Positions 25,928 to 36,120 of a stretch of 39,658 nt of DNA are shown here, in pieces. Made by a program: the position numbers and the translations under genes. Source of the stretch: a virus; the UHGV virus genome UHGV-0177678; one strand, 5' to 3'. Position 1 is the stretch's first letter; the number at the start of each line of letters is the position of its first letter. Under the pieces are notes generated by a model. The model saw only the letters and a list, made by a program, of their open reading frames with translations, was not told the origin of the DNA and ran no database searches.

Positions 25928-27085
25928 TTAACGAACCACGGTAATTGCTACATCGCCGTAATGAACGGCCCCGGCCAGTTTCGCGGCCACCTGAATCGGT
26001 ACGCCTTTACGCGCTTCACGATCGGTCTGCAGCTGGTTGTCCACAGTATCCGCCCAGGTGTAATACCCTTTGGTGAGGGTGTCGCCCGTGCCGAGTTGCC
26101 CCATCGGTCCGCCAGTCCAGATACCTGGTGCAAACAGACCGTTTTTGTCGGCCACATCCAGCACTTTTTCGATGTTGGCGATTCGGGTCGTTGTACCAGC
26201 ATCAGTCTGTGGGATCTTCGTGGTACTGGTGTAAAGTGTGTTGTAGTCGGCTGTCTGTACCGCGTTCTGCAGCCAGTCGAGCCCGTGACGCTCATCGAAG
26301 AAATCGCCGTTACACATCACACCTTGTTCGAGGATGGCTGTATCGTTCTCGTAGTACACGTAAACGTTACAGTTCTTCGCTTCCAGAGTATTCGCCTGTG
26401 ATGTGCCGATAGTTTCGTAGGTGATGCCAGGCAGTTGCTTGAACTTCAGGGTGATAGTGGTATTGCTGCCGGTGAAGTTGACCGTAAACGCGCGCCCAAA
26501 CGCAGACAATGCAGCGTAGGGACTGGTAGATGAATACTGGATATAGGTCCGGCTGTATTTCGCAGCCTTCAGTTTGGTAGCCAGATCGGTTTCCTCCGCT
26601 GAACTCAGAATATCCGCTTCGCTCGAAGTAATAGCCAGGATTCGCGAAACGGTCGCAGACTCGATCGCCGCAGAAACGGAAATCATGTCAGCATCATCCG
26701 GATAGTCAGCCTCCGGAACAGCCAGATGCAGACCATACCAGGAGTTGTAATCCAGCAACGCGTTAACCGCCTGCAACAGAGTTTCGGTAGGGCCAGACTC
26801 AGCCGAAGTGAGGCTATCAACCCAGCGGCCAACATACAGTTGCGTCGGACGCGGTGACTGCGAGAACCAGACTACAGCTGCTTTGTATTCCTCGCTATCG
26901 ACGCCGAAATCATCCCCGATATCTGCCGGATCGGAATACAGGCGCAGACGCTCGGTGATAGGAATAACAGTAGAATTACCCAGAATCAGCATCGAACCGA
27001 AATTTCGGCCCTGTGCGGCTCTGGCTGAAAGCGTCACGGTTACGTTGGTGACGCGATTTAAAGGCAAGCCTTTCGCCATGATCAA
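25928..27085 (-). CDS. Contractile tail sheath (DUF3383-like).
   Basis: 385 aa, first gene of the tail block and upstream of the tube. Confidence 0.55.
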   Translation of the reverse strand: MIMAKGLPLNRVTNVTVTLSARAAQGRNFGSMLILGNSTVIPITERLRLYSDPADIGDDFGVDSEEYKAAVVWFSQSPRPTQLYVGRWVDSLTSAESGPTETLLQAVNALLDYNSWYGLHLAVPEADYPDDADMISVSAAIESATVSRILAITSSEADILSSAEETDLATKLKAAKYSRTYIQYSSTSPYAALSAFGRAFTVNFTGSNTTITLKFKQLPGITYETIGTSQANTLEAKNCNVYVYYENDTAILEQGVMCNGDFFDERHGLDWLQNAVQTADYNTLYTSTTKIPQTDAGTTTRIANIEKVLDVADKNGLFAPGIWTGGPMGQLGTGDTLTKGYYTWADTVDNQLQTDREARKGVPIQVAAKLAGAVHYGDVAITVVR

Positions 27086-27687
27086 TCTCCGGTTGAGATC
27101 GCGACATTACCGTCGACGATGGATTTGATGTTGTAGGTACGAATTGTTTTGCGATTCAGCGTGATGGTGATGTCGTAGCGCCTCACCCACTGGTTGTTAA
27201 TCAATTCGGGGAGGTTATAAATATTCCCGATTTCGCTAAGGGACAGCCCTGCACGATTAAGCTCCGCATTGTTTTGTTCAATAAAGAGCCCTGCCCGGAA
27301 TGTTGAAGCCCTGCTGGATCCCTGAGGACCGTAGAAACAGCAAATGACGGTAACTTGCTCCCATTCCCATTGCTCTGAAGTGTTTTCGTCAATCTGAACA
27401 CTTGCAGGATTCACCGGGAGAGGTATCGAGGTAACTCCAAAGCCGCACCACGTTACCCCGTTGTTGGGGATCTGCGGCTGCGGGTCGGTCCATCGGGGGA
27501 AAACAAGCGCGGCCGGCAAGCCAGAAACACCACGAATCCACCGGCTGATTTCACGCTCCAGCGCCTCGTCATACTGGGGGCTATCCCCGACAGGCGTCAG
27601 ATAACCGCGTGCGGTGCTATCGTTACTCAACTGGCGTCCCTCCGTTAAAGTCCACCAGCTCACAATGTGCCTGGACGAATCCGGCAC
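27082..27687 (-). CDS. Head-tail joining or tail completion protein.
   Basis: 201 aa ORF between the connector genes and the sheath. Confidence 0.35.
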   Translation of the reverse strand: MPDSSRHIVSWWTLTEGRQLSNDSTARGYLTPVGDSPQYDEALEREISRWIRGVSGLPAALVFPRWTDPQPQIPNNGVTWCGFGVTSIPLPVNPASVQIDENTSEQWEWEQVTVICCFYGPQGSSRASTFRAGLFIEQNNAELNRAGLSLSEIGNIYNLPELINNQWVRRYDITITLNRKTIRTYNIKSIVDGNVAISTGD

Positions 27688-28027
27688 CGTAACTGGTGTA
27701 TGGGTCGACGAACGTCACGCGATAGTCGCGCCCGTTATAGCTCACGATATCGGCATCAAGTCGCGGGGCGCTGTCTGTACCTGGCTGGCCCTGAGTTAAT
27801 CTGAACTGCGTCACAATGAGGATCGCACCGCTAATGTTCTGGCCTGCTGCCATTCGCCTGGCTTCCAGAGAACGGTCAACCGTCACCACGCCAGAAAAAG
27901 GGATATCCTGAGCTGTGTTTTTCGTGAAATTGTCCTCATCCACCGTCTGAACCTGCCGGTGACACACCAGACTGGTGTCCATGAAGTCAGGATCGAGAAG
28001 AACATCGCTCACATCGAGAAGAGGCAT
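27623..28027 (-). CDS. Head-tail connector protein.
   Basis: 134 aa. Its ATG shares one nucleotide with the upstream stop. Confidence 0.35.
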   Translation of the reverse strand: MPLLDVSDVLLDPDFMDTSLVCHRQVQTVDEDNFTKNTAQDIPFSGVVTVDRSLEARRMAAGQNISGAILIVTQFRLTQGQPGTDSAPRLDADIVSYNGRDYRVTFVDPYTSYGAGFVQAHCELVDFNGGTPVE

Positions 28028-28572
28028 TATTTTTTCCTCACGACGTAGTTAATTGAGCGCAGCAGGTAACCGTGGGCATACAGCGGTTTTTCGCCAGGAA
28101 TGCCCTCGGCCCTTCTGCGTTCGAGGGTTTTCTCAGAAAGTGGGTGCAGCCGGTCACCAGCACCGATAACGGCTTTTGCAGCGTCACGGGCAATCTGTCC
28201 GGCGCTCTCCAGCTCACGCACTGCTGCTTCAGTCTGCCCCTCCAGCGCGGCGGTTGCCGCTGCCTTGAGGTGTGCAGTGGTTCGGGGTTTTGAATCCTCA
28301 ATCCCCATATCCAGAAAAGGACGTGGGGGAAGCGTGACCGTTGCACCGTCGATTTCCACCGTTGCCCCCGTCGAGTGGAGGTAGCCCAGTTCCGCGTTAT
28401 TAATCGGGGAGCCATCCTCACGCCCTGCCTTGTCCTCAGGTATTCCCACCAGCACATCCATTCCGGATAACTGCCGGAGGGATTCCAGAACAGCCACGGC
28501 GTTATCAGCGCGAACCGTTAACCCGCTTTTCATAGCAGCTGCCTGCCACCAGCGCCGAACATCGACCACCAC
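28027..28572 (-). CDS. Head-tail connector protein.
   Basis: 181 aa. Confidence 0.35.
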   Translation of the reverse strand: MVVDVRRWWQAAAMKSGLTVRADNAVAVLESLRQLSGMDVLVGIPEDKAGREDGSPINNAELGYLHSTGATVEIDGATVTLPPRPFLDMGIEDSKPRTTAHLKAAATAALEGQTEAAVRELESAGQIARDAAKAVIGAGDRLHPLSEKTLERRRAEGIPGEKPLYAHGYLLRSINYVVRKK

Positions 28573-28940
28573 CAGTAGAACTCGCGCCCGTAGGCGGTGC
28601 TGTTCCAGAAACCGGCATCCGGGTTGATTACCCCGGACACGTCATAGCTCACTGAAACCTTATCCACTGATTTAGAGGACACGACACCTGCTGCGCCATT
28701 GCTGTTCACACCACCAGCGGCAGCGGCGGCCAGCGTGCGGCCGCGCAGCTCCGTATAGTGAGCCGTGAATAGTTCGGCCAGGTAGACGAACTGATCGCCC
28801 TGTACGTCCTGATTCAGAAGCGAATCGGCCTGCCCCAGATAGAAATTCACTGAGGGGTCAGGGTAGCGGGTTGTATCGGCAAACTCGGGAAAGTCGGTGC
28901 GGAACTGCTCGTTAGTCGGAAGCCTGCTGTTTTTTGGCAT
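28530..28940 (-). CDS. DUF4054-like head-tail adaptor protein.
   Basis: Start MPKNSRLPTNEQFRTDFPEF matches the remembered DUF4054 N-terminal pattern. Alternative upstream start at 28997. Confidence 0.4.
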   Translation of the reverse strand: MPKNSRLPTNEQFRTDFPEFADTTRYPDPSVNFYLGQADSLLNQDVQGDQFVYLAELFTAHYTELRGRTLAAAAAGGVNSNGAAGVVSSKSVDKVSVSYDVSGVINPDAGFWNSTAYGREFYWWWSMFGAGGRQLL

Positions 28941-29322
28941 TTTTCGCGTCCCCGCCGGTGTTATCGGTTTTGTCCGTGCTGTCGGCAGATTTACCACCTG
29001 CTGGTGCCTGAGCGGCTGCCAGCTGCGCTTTCAGGTCTGTGTTTTCATTCCCCAGCGCGGTGATGGTTTTTTCATGCTCAGCCAGCTGCGCTTTCAGGGT
29101 GTTATTTTCTTCTGCCAGAAGAACAAGGCTCGCGGAAAGATCTTCATTGCTCTGCTCGTTCGCCAGGTCGGCTTCGTCAATCGGGCGCGCATAGGCTTTA
29201 AAGGCCCAGTGGTCCTTAACTTCTTTCGGGAAAGAGGAACTGTCGTGGATGCCCTGAGACAGCTCAAATTTAGAACCGTCGGCAAAGCTGAGAGTCGCGC
29301 CACCGGAAACAACGTATTTCAT
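28912..29322 (-). CDS. Structural protein with a coiled coil and a low-complexity acidic tail.
   Basis: GGAG RBS. Sequence ...NNTLKAQLAEHEKTITALGNENTDLKAQLAAAQ then AGGKSADSTDKTDNTGGDAKNAKKQQASD. First gene after the major capsid terminator. Confidence 0.4.
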   Translation of the reverse strand: MKYVVSGGATLSFADGSKFELSQGIHDSSSFPKEVKDHWAFKAYARPIDEADLANEQSNEDLSASLVLLAEENNTLKAQLAEHEKTITALGNENTDLKAQLAAAQAPAGGKSADSTDKTDNTGGDAKNAKKQQASD

Positions 29323-29331
29323 GTTTTTGCT

Positions 29332-29360
29332 CCATAAAAATGGCGGGTTTCCCCGCCTGT
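29332..29360 (-). terminator. Intrinsic terminator or attenuator directly after the major capsid gene.
   Basis: GGCGGG-gaaa-CCCGCC stem followed by AUUUUUAU on the minus strand. Confidence 0.55.
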
Positions 29361-29366
29361 TTCAGG

Positions 29367-30314
29367 TTAAGACGCCGGAACGTCCAGATAAGAGATCGTA
29401 TTGGAATACGGAGTTTCCACCTGGCCCAGCTTGCCGTAGTAAGTGGTCAACTGCTGCAGTCCGCGATACTCCAGCGGCGTGTTCAGCAGAGGAACCATAG
29501 GGAAGCGAACGTATTTTTCGTCCTGGGTGTAAGCAACGATACGATGCGCGCCACCAGCGCCACGCTTGGAGGCCCACTTCATGGAGACGATCTCCAGTGG
29601 TGTGCCGTTTTCCTGAAACGCGATGGTGTTAATCTTCACGTATTCGAGCACGGAGATATTCCCTGCAGAGGAAACCTTTTTGCTCGCCAGCAGGCCGAAC
29701 AGCTCCGGCGCAAGGCCGATTTTTGCCGGGCAGACCGCATAACCAGAACGAACCCAGCCATCAGACAGCACCAGGTTGATATCCTGAACAATCACATCCG
29801 GATCGGTGGTTGCGGTCCACGCTGCAGCTGCAGCAACAGGAGTAACATCCGGCAGGTTCAGCAGGCCAGCAACGCCGAGCTCGTTATCACCGATATAAAC
29901 CTGTTCGTCGGTGTCCATGTTCCACTTCAGCTTCATGCCTTCGTATTTCTGGACATCAACCGGACGGCCCAGTTTCTGGGCAGAAGCCAGTTCCGGCACC
30001 GTCCAGCTAATTTCCTGCCCCCACAAGGTGAGGTTGTTACGGGTAGGCTGAATATCGAGCTCGATACCAGGAATGGCAGTGGCTTTTTTACCGATCCAGT
30101 TTTTACCGTTAGGGTTTGGACCACCAACGCCGACGAAATCGGTATTAGTGAAGGATGACACTTCATCAGCGATAGAAATATCGCTGCGCAGCGGCATGTC
30201 GCGTGACCATTTGTAGGACACTAAAGGCATGTTCAGCGTCTGATCCATGCGCTCCAGTTCGCCGACCAGAAACGCGCCGGTGGAGTCGATGGTCGCTCTG
30301 TCAATTGTAAACAT
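29367..30314 (-). CDS. Major capsid protein.
   Basis: 315 aa. Sits downstream of the scaffold/protease-like gene and a small structural gene and is followed by a terminator. Resembles a remembered ES18-type capsid; no search was run. Confidence 0.65.
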   Translation of the reverse strand: MFTIDRATIDSTGAFLVGELERMDQTLNMPLVSYKWSRDMPLRSDISIADEVSSFTNTDFVGVGGPNPNGKNWIGKKATAIPGIELDIQPTRNNLTLWGQEISWTVPELASAQKLGRPVDVQKYEGMKLKWNMDTDEQVYIGDNELGVAGLLNLPDVTPVAAAAAWTATTDPDVIVQDINLVLSDGWVRSGYAVCPAKIGLAPELFGLLASKKVSSAGNISVLEYVKINTIAFQENGTPLEIVSMKWASKRGAGGAHRIVAYTQDEKYVRFPMVPLLNTPLEYRGLQQLTTYYGKLGQVETPYSNTISYLDVPAS

Positions 30315-30325
30315 TAATTATTCCC

Positions 30326-30829
30326 TCAGATGTTATAAGCGATTTCAATACGGCCGTCGGCTTCACCCGGCCCCATGACCTCTGCATTTGGCAGCTGAGG
30401 TGTATTTGATGCGGTAGAGTCCGGAGACAGCACAAAGGAGCCAACCGGGCTTTGAGTGGTGCCACCAGCCACGCGAACGTAAACCGGATCGCCTTTTTTC
30501 GCGGTCGCCGCGTTACCTGCGGTAGCAGTTACGCAGATGTAACCGCGTTTCAGGTTGTCACCAACCTGATTAACCGTCACACCAATGTAAGCAAGGTCCA
30601 GAGCAGAGGTAATCGGGAACGGTCGAACCAGAATCCCTTTCACTTTGCTGATAGTGTCGCCTGATTCCAGCGGAACGAATTTATCGTTCACGTATTTACC
30701 CGGCAGCCCGTAGGACGCGAACTGCTTCGTGTAGTCCAGGCTTACTGGCTCGATGGTGAGATCACGAGGACGGGTAACGCCCCCGGCAATGCCCAGGGGC
30801 ATGCGCGTTAAATATGCAGTACCTGCCAT
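30326..30829 (-). CDS. Head structural protein.
   Basis: 167 aa ORF immediately upstream of the capsid gene. Confidence 0.4.
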   Translation of the reverse strand: MAGTAYLTRMPLGIAGGVTRPRDLTIEPVSLDYTKQFASYGLPGKYVNDKFVPLESGDTISKVKGILVRPFPITSALDLAYIGVTVNQVGDNLKRGYICVTATAGNAATAKKGDPVYVRVAGGTTQSPVGSFVLSPDSTASNTPQLPNAEVMGPGEADGRIEIAYNI

Positions 30830-30840
30830 GATGATTTACC

Positions 30841-32115
30841 TTATTTGTTTTTTGCCCAGAATTCGGCGTTGACCTTGTTCAGTTCTGCCGGGGAAAGGTG
30901 TTTAGTGCTGATTCCGCTGTCCGTGGTGCGGGTAATGTTGTTCAGCGGGGTCAGCTGATTTTTCGCTTTATGCAGCGCCACGGCGGCAGTAAACACCGCG
31001 TCGACCGTAGCCTTAGGTGCTTTGTAGAAATCATCCACTCCGAACGATTTCAGGCTGTCACCGGTGCGCATTGCATGACTCAGCACCTGACGCTTCAGGC
31101 TCTTATCGCCAGCAGGCTGGAAGCCAGGGCAGATAATTTCCGCATCGGCGATCAGGTTGCGCTTAAAGGCTGCATCACCCGTCACTTTGCGGTTTTCTTC
31201 TTCGTCTTCGTCGGTGGTCATGTTGCCCGGGTCCGGATCGCCGTCGGTGGTTTTACCCTCCAGCTTTTCCAGACGAGCCAGCAACGCTTTCGCCCAGGCT
31301 GGAATTTCTTCATCGCCCGTGCCGGTTTTGTCTTTGTTCGGATCGCCTTCTTCCGTGGTGGTGGTGCGATTGCCTTCAGGCAAGGCGGTGGCCTGTGAAG
31401 GAATGTTGATGGTGATAGAGGAACCGGGGATTGAAGGCATGCCATCAGACGGCATATCCGGCGCTTCGTCGATGAGTTTTGCCAGTGCATCCTCATCTTT
31501 CGTCTTAATGGCCTGAGCCAATTTTTTAAGCCATGACATTACAGGCTTCTCCTTTGTTGTTGATGGGATGGAATCCCCGATTGCACAGCGGCCACCAGCA
31601 CGCCCCCGGTCGATGCCGACAGCGAGGTGGTTACCTGTGATTTGGTATTGCTTACCCTTACCGGGGGCCAGCTGCTTGTACTGCGCGTCATAACCACAGC
31701 TGACATCGGTCAGGCCAGAATTCACCGCGTCGATTGCTTCCTGCCGTTTAATCAGCACGTCAGCAATGAGCAAATCCGATTTATCGCCGGTGCCGCGCCG
31801 GACGTTCTGAATGTGTCCGTGCGCCAGCTCTGCGAAGTTAGAAGGGTTCACGAAAACGATGTTGCCCAGGCTGTCCTCTGGATGCCCCAGCGTGACGGCT
31901 ACGCCCTCAAAGCTCGCCATCGTCTCCGGGGAAAACACCTCGTCTTCTGTTCGCCAGACCGTCACCGTGCCGGTGCCGTCCGGTTCGAGGTCGATTTCCT
32001 CAGGTAAATAGACCTGCGTTCCTGTGCGTGCGATCGGCACGTCTTTACAAAGCAGCGAACCATCCGCCGTCAGATAGCGCGTTTCGCCCAGGCGTGTAGT
32101 GAAGAAATATTTCAT
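30841..32115 (-). CDS. DUF2213-like head scaffold or protease-like protein.
   Basis: 424 aa with a highly acidic low-complexity centre (TTTEEGDPNKDKTGTGDEE...DEDEEENRK). Sits between the Mu-F-like gene and the capsid, as expected for a scaffold or protease. Confidence 0.45.
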   Translation of the reverse strand: MKYFFTTRLGETRYLTADGSLLCKDVPIARTGTQVYLPEEIDLEPDGTGTVTVWRTEDEVFSPETMASFEGVAVTLGHPEDSLGNIVFVNPSNFAELAHGHIQNVRRGTGDKSDLLIADVLIKRQEAIDAVNSGLTDVSCGYDAQYKQLAPGKGKQYQITGNHLAVGIDRGRAGGRCAIGDSIPSTTKEKPVMSWLKKLAQAIKTKDEDALAKLIDEAPDMPSDGMPSIPGSSITINIPSQATALPEGNRTTTTEEGDPNKDKTGTGDEEIPAWAKALLARLEKLEGKTTDGDPDPGNMTTDEDEEENRKVTGDAAFKRNLIADAEIICPGFQPAGDKSLKRQVLSHAMRTGDSLKSFGVDDFYKAPKATVDAVFTAAVALHKAKNQLTPLNNITRTTDSGISTKHLSPAELNKVNAEFWAKNK

Positions 32116-32135
32116 GGGTTACCTGCTCGATTACG

Positions 32136-32166
32136 GGCAACAAAAAGGCCGCCAGGAGGCGACCTT
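32136..32166 (-). terminator. Intrinsic terminator between the Mu-F-like and scaffold genes.
   Basis: GGTCGCC-tcct-GGCGGCC stem (one G-U pair) followed by UUUUUGUUG on the minus strand, about 24 nt upstream of the ATG at 32115. Confidence 0.5.
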
Positions 32167-32199
32167 GTGAGATGGGAAAAATGTTCGAAATAACGGGCT

Positions 32200-32226
32200 A
32201 TTTAACATAAGGGTTCTTACCCGCAC
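32200..32226 (-). repeat. 27-bp conserved element, copy 2 (ATTTAACATAAGGGTTCTTACCCGCAC).
   Basis: 24 of 27 bases identical to 36094-36120, same orientation. Both copies lie in unusually long intergenic gaps just upstream of a morphogenesis gene. Confidence 0.6.
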
Positions 32227-32376
32227 CGACGAAAATGGACTCGATTAAAATGTCCCCTTAAAGCCGTAAAAGTAGCGATTAACTGGGCTGAAAATCGGCC
32301 TTTTCGAATACAACATTTTCATAACATTTCGCGGGTATTGCAGTTCGCATGAAAAGAATGCTCAAAGCCGTATTTT

Positions 32377-33105
32377 TCATTTTCTCGGTGCTGGAATCTG
32401 TACTTCAGGCCAGCATTTGCAGTTCGGCAAACATCCGGCGTGTCCGGTCATACCGTCCAGCGTCGGCGGGTTATCCCAACGCACAAATTTATCTTTCATC
32501 TTGCGGTGAGAATCCCGCGTTCCGGCCCCCTCAATACGCCACCAGTAGCCCTCTGAACCAACCGAAAGGGCTCTGGCCTGCGTCAGCGCGCCGGTAGCAC
32601 GTCCAATCTCTGTACGGGCAATCAGCTGCGCCCTGCTGGCGGCCACGTCACCGGAGGCCATGATCATCTCGTAGAGCTCGTCAGGACGTTCGCCAGTGAT
32701 AACCGCCTGCATTGCGCGCTGTTGTATGTCCATCACGCGATCGGCTGCTTCCAGCGGCAGGGACTTCATCAGCTGAATCTGGCGATACACGATATCCTGC
32801 GCCACCTGACCGACGGGGGTATTACCCACCACATCGCGCAGGCCAGCGCCGATTTCCTCTGATACCGATTTCCACAGGTTCCATTCCTCCTGCTCGACCT
32901 GGGCAAACATCCTTCGCCCGACCAGCTCTGCCCAGTCGCTGATTACCTCGGAATAGTCCACCAGCGTTTTCGAAATGCTGTCAGCGCTGGCCTGTGAACC
33001 ATCGTAGGTACCATCGACGATCTGCCCTATCTGGTTTGCTATCGCCAACAGGCTTTTTCGATACTGGATCTCCGATCGACGGCGGAGGGATGGTTTCAGG
33101 TTCAT
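32377..33105 (-). CDS. Phage Mu F-like head morphogenesis protein.
   Basis: The RTEIGRATG motif and C-terminal region are typical of the Mu F/SPP1 gp7 family. The start is uncertain because the ORF overlaps the portal 3' end. Confidence 0.55.
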   Translation of the reverse strand: MNLKPSLRRRSEIQYRKSLLAIANQIGQIVDGTYDGSQASADSISKTLVDYSEVISDWAELVGRRMFAQVEQEEWNLWKSVSEEIGAGLRDVVGNTPVGQVAQDIVYRQIQLMKSLPLEAADRVMDIQQRAMQAVITGERPDELYEMIMASGDVAASRAQLIARTEIGRATGALTQARALSVGSEGYWWRIEGAGTRDSHRKMKDKFVRWDNPPTLDGMTGHAGCLPNCKCWPEVQIPAPRK

Positions 33106-34450
33106 CCTCCTCCCACTGGGCCTTCGCATCTTCTATGTCCTCGTCAGTGATAGAACCACCGATCCCAATCACATCAGAAATGTTCCTGAGGTCGTTAAGC
33201 GCAGCTGCCGGAGGCATTCCGAGGTCACGAACGGCGGTACCGAGTGCAGTAACCACATTATTCGCCATCGTTGCGCGGTCCACGTCCGACATCTCCCAGA
33301 GCTTGTTAAACTCGAAAGTAAAATCGTCAGGTAGAGGTTCACCGAACAGCGAACGCCAGGAGATATCGAGCAGCCAGCGGATATGGCGGCGTAAGCGTCT
33401 CTCCTGCAGCGAGTTAACCCGGCTGTAGTAGTTTTCCAGATCTCCGTCGCCAGTGTTGAAACCTGCCGGGGACTGCCCGAACAGACGGACGAGAGGAATT
33501 CCCGTCGCGCCGGAAACCTGCTCAGCAAAGCGCAGAAGGACATCAGCGATACCCGCAAACGTATAGCTGTGGGTTTCGAACTTATCCTTACCATCCATGA
33601 TGGTCATGCCTTCGATGGTCTGGAACTGACGTATCATGTCCAGGTGCTTCATCAGCGCCTTTTCAAGGTCGCCTCCGGTAGCAAGAATTTTGCGCAGGTC
33701 TTCAATGCTGTAGGTTCGCAGATGCGCTTTGTGGATCAGCTGTGTGGTGCCGACGGTCGCAGTATCAAATGCCTCGATACGCTCGAAAATACGCTCCACA
33801 ACAGACATCCCCCAGCCGTTTTCCGTCTGGGCCTGCTGGAAAGGAAGCGTATCGCCCTCCATGCGGATAACGCGGCTATGGTGGATCTTCCAGGGGGGAA
33901 TCCCCTGCTGGTTAGTGATTACCTTGTAATATTTCGGTTTCCCAAAATCGGGACCGTAATCGGTAACGAGATCGTAATAACTCGGGTTAACCATCCAGCG
34001 GTCAAGGCTCATCACGCCCTTAAACTGCCCCTCTTTGATGCGATCCAGTTTCAGCGGGGAGGACATATCCTGCCCTTCAAGCAGGACCACCAGCACCGCG
34101 CCACCATACAATCGTGACCATTTGAGGTTATCGTTAAGCCCATCCCATATAGCCAGCTCATCCCAGAAGGTTTCGAGCTTGCCCTTTTGTCCGGGTTTCA
34201 GCTTTGAGCTGATGTTAATCCCCTTGCGGGTCATATCATCGGCCATCGCGTCCACACCGGCACCAACGAGGAACGATGAACGATACGCAAACTCCAGCAT
34301 CACCCTGTTACGGCTGATGTAGCCGGGCATGTACATTCCGCCCGTCTGGATGTTTCTCGTGTCGCTGCCAAGTTTGGCCGTGAAATTGTTGTACCCGTCA
34401 GCTGTCGCAACGGGCTTTTGTGCGCCGTTCTGGCGTTTCTTACGGGACAT
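32981..34450 (-). CDS. Portal protein.
   Basis: About 490 aa directly downstream of TerL. Chosen start MSRKKRQNG at 34450 after GGAG, 2 nt past the terL stop. Confidence 0.65.
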   Translation of the reverse strand: MSRKKRQNGAQKPVATADGYNNFTAKLGSDTRNIQTGGMYMPGYISRNRVMLEFAYRSSFLVGAGVDAMADDMTRKGINISSKLKPGQKGKLETFWDELAIWDGLNDNLKWSRLYGGAVLVVLLEGQDMSSPLKLDRIKEGQFKGVMSLDRWMVNPSYYDLVTDYGPDFGKPKYYKVITNQQGIPPWKIHHSRVIRMEGDTLPFQQAQTENGWGMSVVERIFERIEAFDTATVGTTQLIHKAHLRTYSIEDLRKILATGGDLEKALMKHLDMIRQFQTIEGMTIMDGKDKFETHSYTFAGIADVLLRFAEQVSGATGIPLVRLFGQSPAGFNTGDGDLENYYSRVNSLQERRLRRHIRWLLDISWRSLFGEPLPDDFTFEFNKLWEMSDVDRATMANNVVTALGTAVRDLGMPPAAALNDLRNISDVIGIGGSITDEDIEDAKAQWEEDEPETIPPPSIGDPVSKKPVGDSKPDRADRRWYLRWFTGQR

Positions 34451-34451
34451 G

Positions 34452-36068
34452 TCACGCTCCGGCCAGTTTGGCCCAGTTATCAAGAGAGGAATCCATCGGC
34501 GCGTAGTTAATCATCACGGCGTCGGCGAGGTTCGGCGATTTTGTACCTTCCGGCTGTTTATCCACGAGGATTTTACCGACGGCGTTTTTCGACCATGTAG
34601 GCTGTGAAAGCTCCATCAGCAGGCGGTCAATATTTTCAATCTCGCTGCTTATCGAAATGATTTCGTCGGGGTTGTAGTCCATCCCGTTCAGCGCGCGGAA
34701 GGTGTTACGAAACAGCTTGCGAAGATGCCACCAGCTCTGAGCTTTCGCGTTCGCGAAGAAGTCTTTATTCAGGCGCGCCGCTTTACCGTTATCACCAGGA
34801 ACGGCTTCATCTTCCGGATCGAATACGCTACCGCTCCCACGGAAAGGCGTAGCTGTGATTGTTCCCCGGCCTTCAGCCTGCCTGAGCTCGTTTATCACGC
34901 GAGCATCGCCACGCGCCCCCGCGCCCAGACCGTCCTCATCAAAACGGAACTCATCCAGACCGTAATCGTCACAGTACCCAAACGATTTGACGACAGAGGC
35001 GTAGATGTCGCTGCCAATTCCAGACCATTCGTGAACGTTCTGCAGAAGGAAGCCATAGCGGCAAGAAAAGCCGTTTTTGTCTTTCCCTTCGTCTGCGATA
35101 TCCATTGCGCCGAGGCGCTGGCCGCTGGGCTGAATACCCAGTTTGATATGCGCGTCGACGGCAGCCTGCACCCATTCTGAAGGAATGAGAATCCCCTCTG
35201 TGGATGCGCTGTAGTTCAGGTCCAGTTCCTGAGCAACGATAATCGGATCATCAATTTTCAGACATTCGTTGCGGTACCACTCATCATCCTTGCGCGGGTC
35301 GCTGCGCCAGTGGAACGTAAACACCGGGATATTTCCGCTGTGGCGCTTTTTAGCAAACGGGTTATTCATGCCGTTGACCGAAGAGAGGTCTATACGGCAA
35401 CGGGTCGTCTGAGAGAGCGCAGCATCGATGAGTAATGGCCGTTTGAGGAATGCCGACTCATCCACGAAATAAAGCGTGGTACGGTCACCACGACCAATGT
35501 TATCGCCAGCCTCTCCCTTGATGATCGCCCCTGATTCCGGAAATTCCACCTCCATGAATCTGGAGTGTTTTTTTTCATTCCAGCCACCGCGAAACTCTAC
35601 CGGGAGCAGTTCAATAAATTTTCTTGCTTTCCAGAAAAGTGATTTTGGGTCGCTCGTGGAATCCACGTACATCTCTTTACGGCTACCAAAACCAATCACC
35701 ATATCTTTGTTAAACAGACACAGGGAGCAGGCAAGGCCGACAGAAGTCCAGCTCAGCCCCATTTCACGGCTTTTCTCTGTGAGCCCGTTTTCACGATTTC
35801 CGCGTCTGTCCATGATCCAGTTAATCCATTCCTCCTGACGGGGGAACAGCAAAAACGGGATGGTCGCAGGCAGGCCATAATCGAGGTTACGCGGATCTGT
35901 CGTCATGCCCCAGTCGATGATGAACTGGGCCGGGTTAGTGCGGTAAAACTCACGGAGTGCCGGAAGCATTTCAGGCGCTTTCCTGATCCGCTCCAGCCTC
36001 TCCATTCTCCACTCAAACACGGCGATATAATCCGGTTTGCGGAAGTCAAAGGGGAACGGGATCGGCAC
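34452..36068 (-). CDS. Terminase large subunit.
   Basis: About 538 aa with an ATPase domain then a nuclease domain, directly upstream of the portal. Probable GTG start at 36068 after GAGGAA. The ORF-track TTG at 36083 is likely the RBS region. Confidence 0.7.
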   Translation of the reverse strand: MPIPFPFDFRKPDYIAVFEWRMERLERIRKAPEMLPALREFYRTNPAQFIIDWGMTTDPRNLDYGLPATIPFLLFPRQEEWINWIMDRRGNRENGLTEKSREMGLSWTSVGLACSLCLFNKDMVIGFGSRKEMYVDSTSDPKSLFWKARKFIELLPVEFRGGWNEKKHSRFMEVEFPESGAIIKGEAGDNIGRGDRTTLYFVDESAFLKRPLLIDAALSQTTRCRIDLSSVNGMNNPFAKKRHSGNIPVFTFHWRSDPRKDDEWYRNECLKIDDPIIVAQELDLNYSASTEGILIPSEWVQAAVDAHIKLGIQPSGQRLGAMDIADEGKDKNGFSCRYGFLLQNVHEWSGIGSDIYASVVKSFGYCDDYGLDEFRFDEDGLGAGARGDARVINELRQAEGRGTITATPFRGSGSVFDPEDEAVPGDNGKAARLNKDFFANAKAQSWWHLRKLFRNTFRALNGMDYNPDEIISISSEIENIDRLLMELSQPTWSKNAVGKILVDKQPEGTKSPNLADAVMINYAPMDSSLDNWAKLAGA

Positions 36069-36093
36069 AGAAAAATTCCTCAAAAACGCCCCG

Positions 36094-36120
36094 ATTTAAC
36101 ATAATGGTCGTTACCCGCAC
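36094..36120 (-). repeat. 27-bp conserved element, copy 1 (ATTTAACATAATGGTCGTTACCCGCAC).
   Basis: Lies 26 nt upstream of the terL start, inside a 183-bp terS-terL intergenic gap. Confidence 0.6.

Noticed and set aside
28912-29322. The coiled-coil protein after the capsid terminator as a scaffolding protein.
   Set aside because: It lies downstream of the capsid gene, whereas scaffolds usually precede it. The acidic DUF2213-like protein upstream is the better scaffold candidate. It is kept as a structural protein of unknown role.
32349-32597. 82-aa plus-strand ORF starting in the intergenic gap between the Mu-F-like and scaffold genes.
   Set aside because: It runs antisense into the Mu-F-like gene. 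The intergenic part is better explained by the terminator and the 27-bp element on the minus strand.
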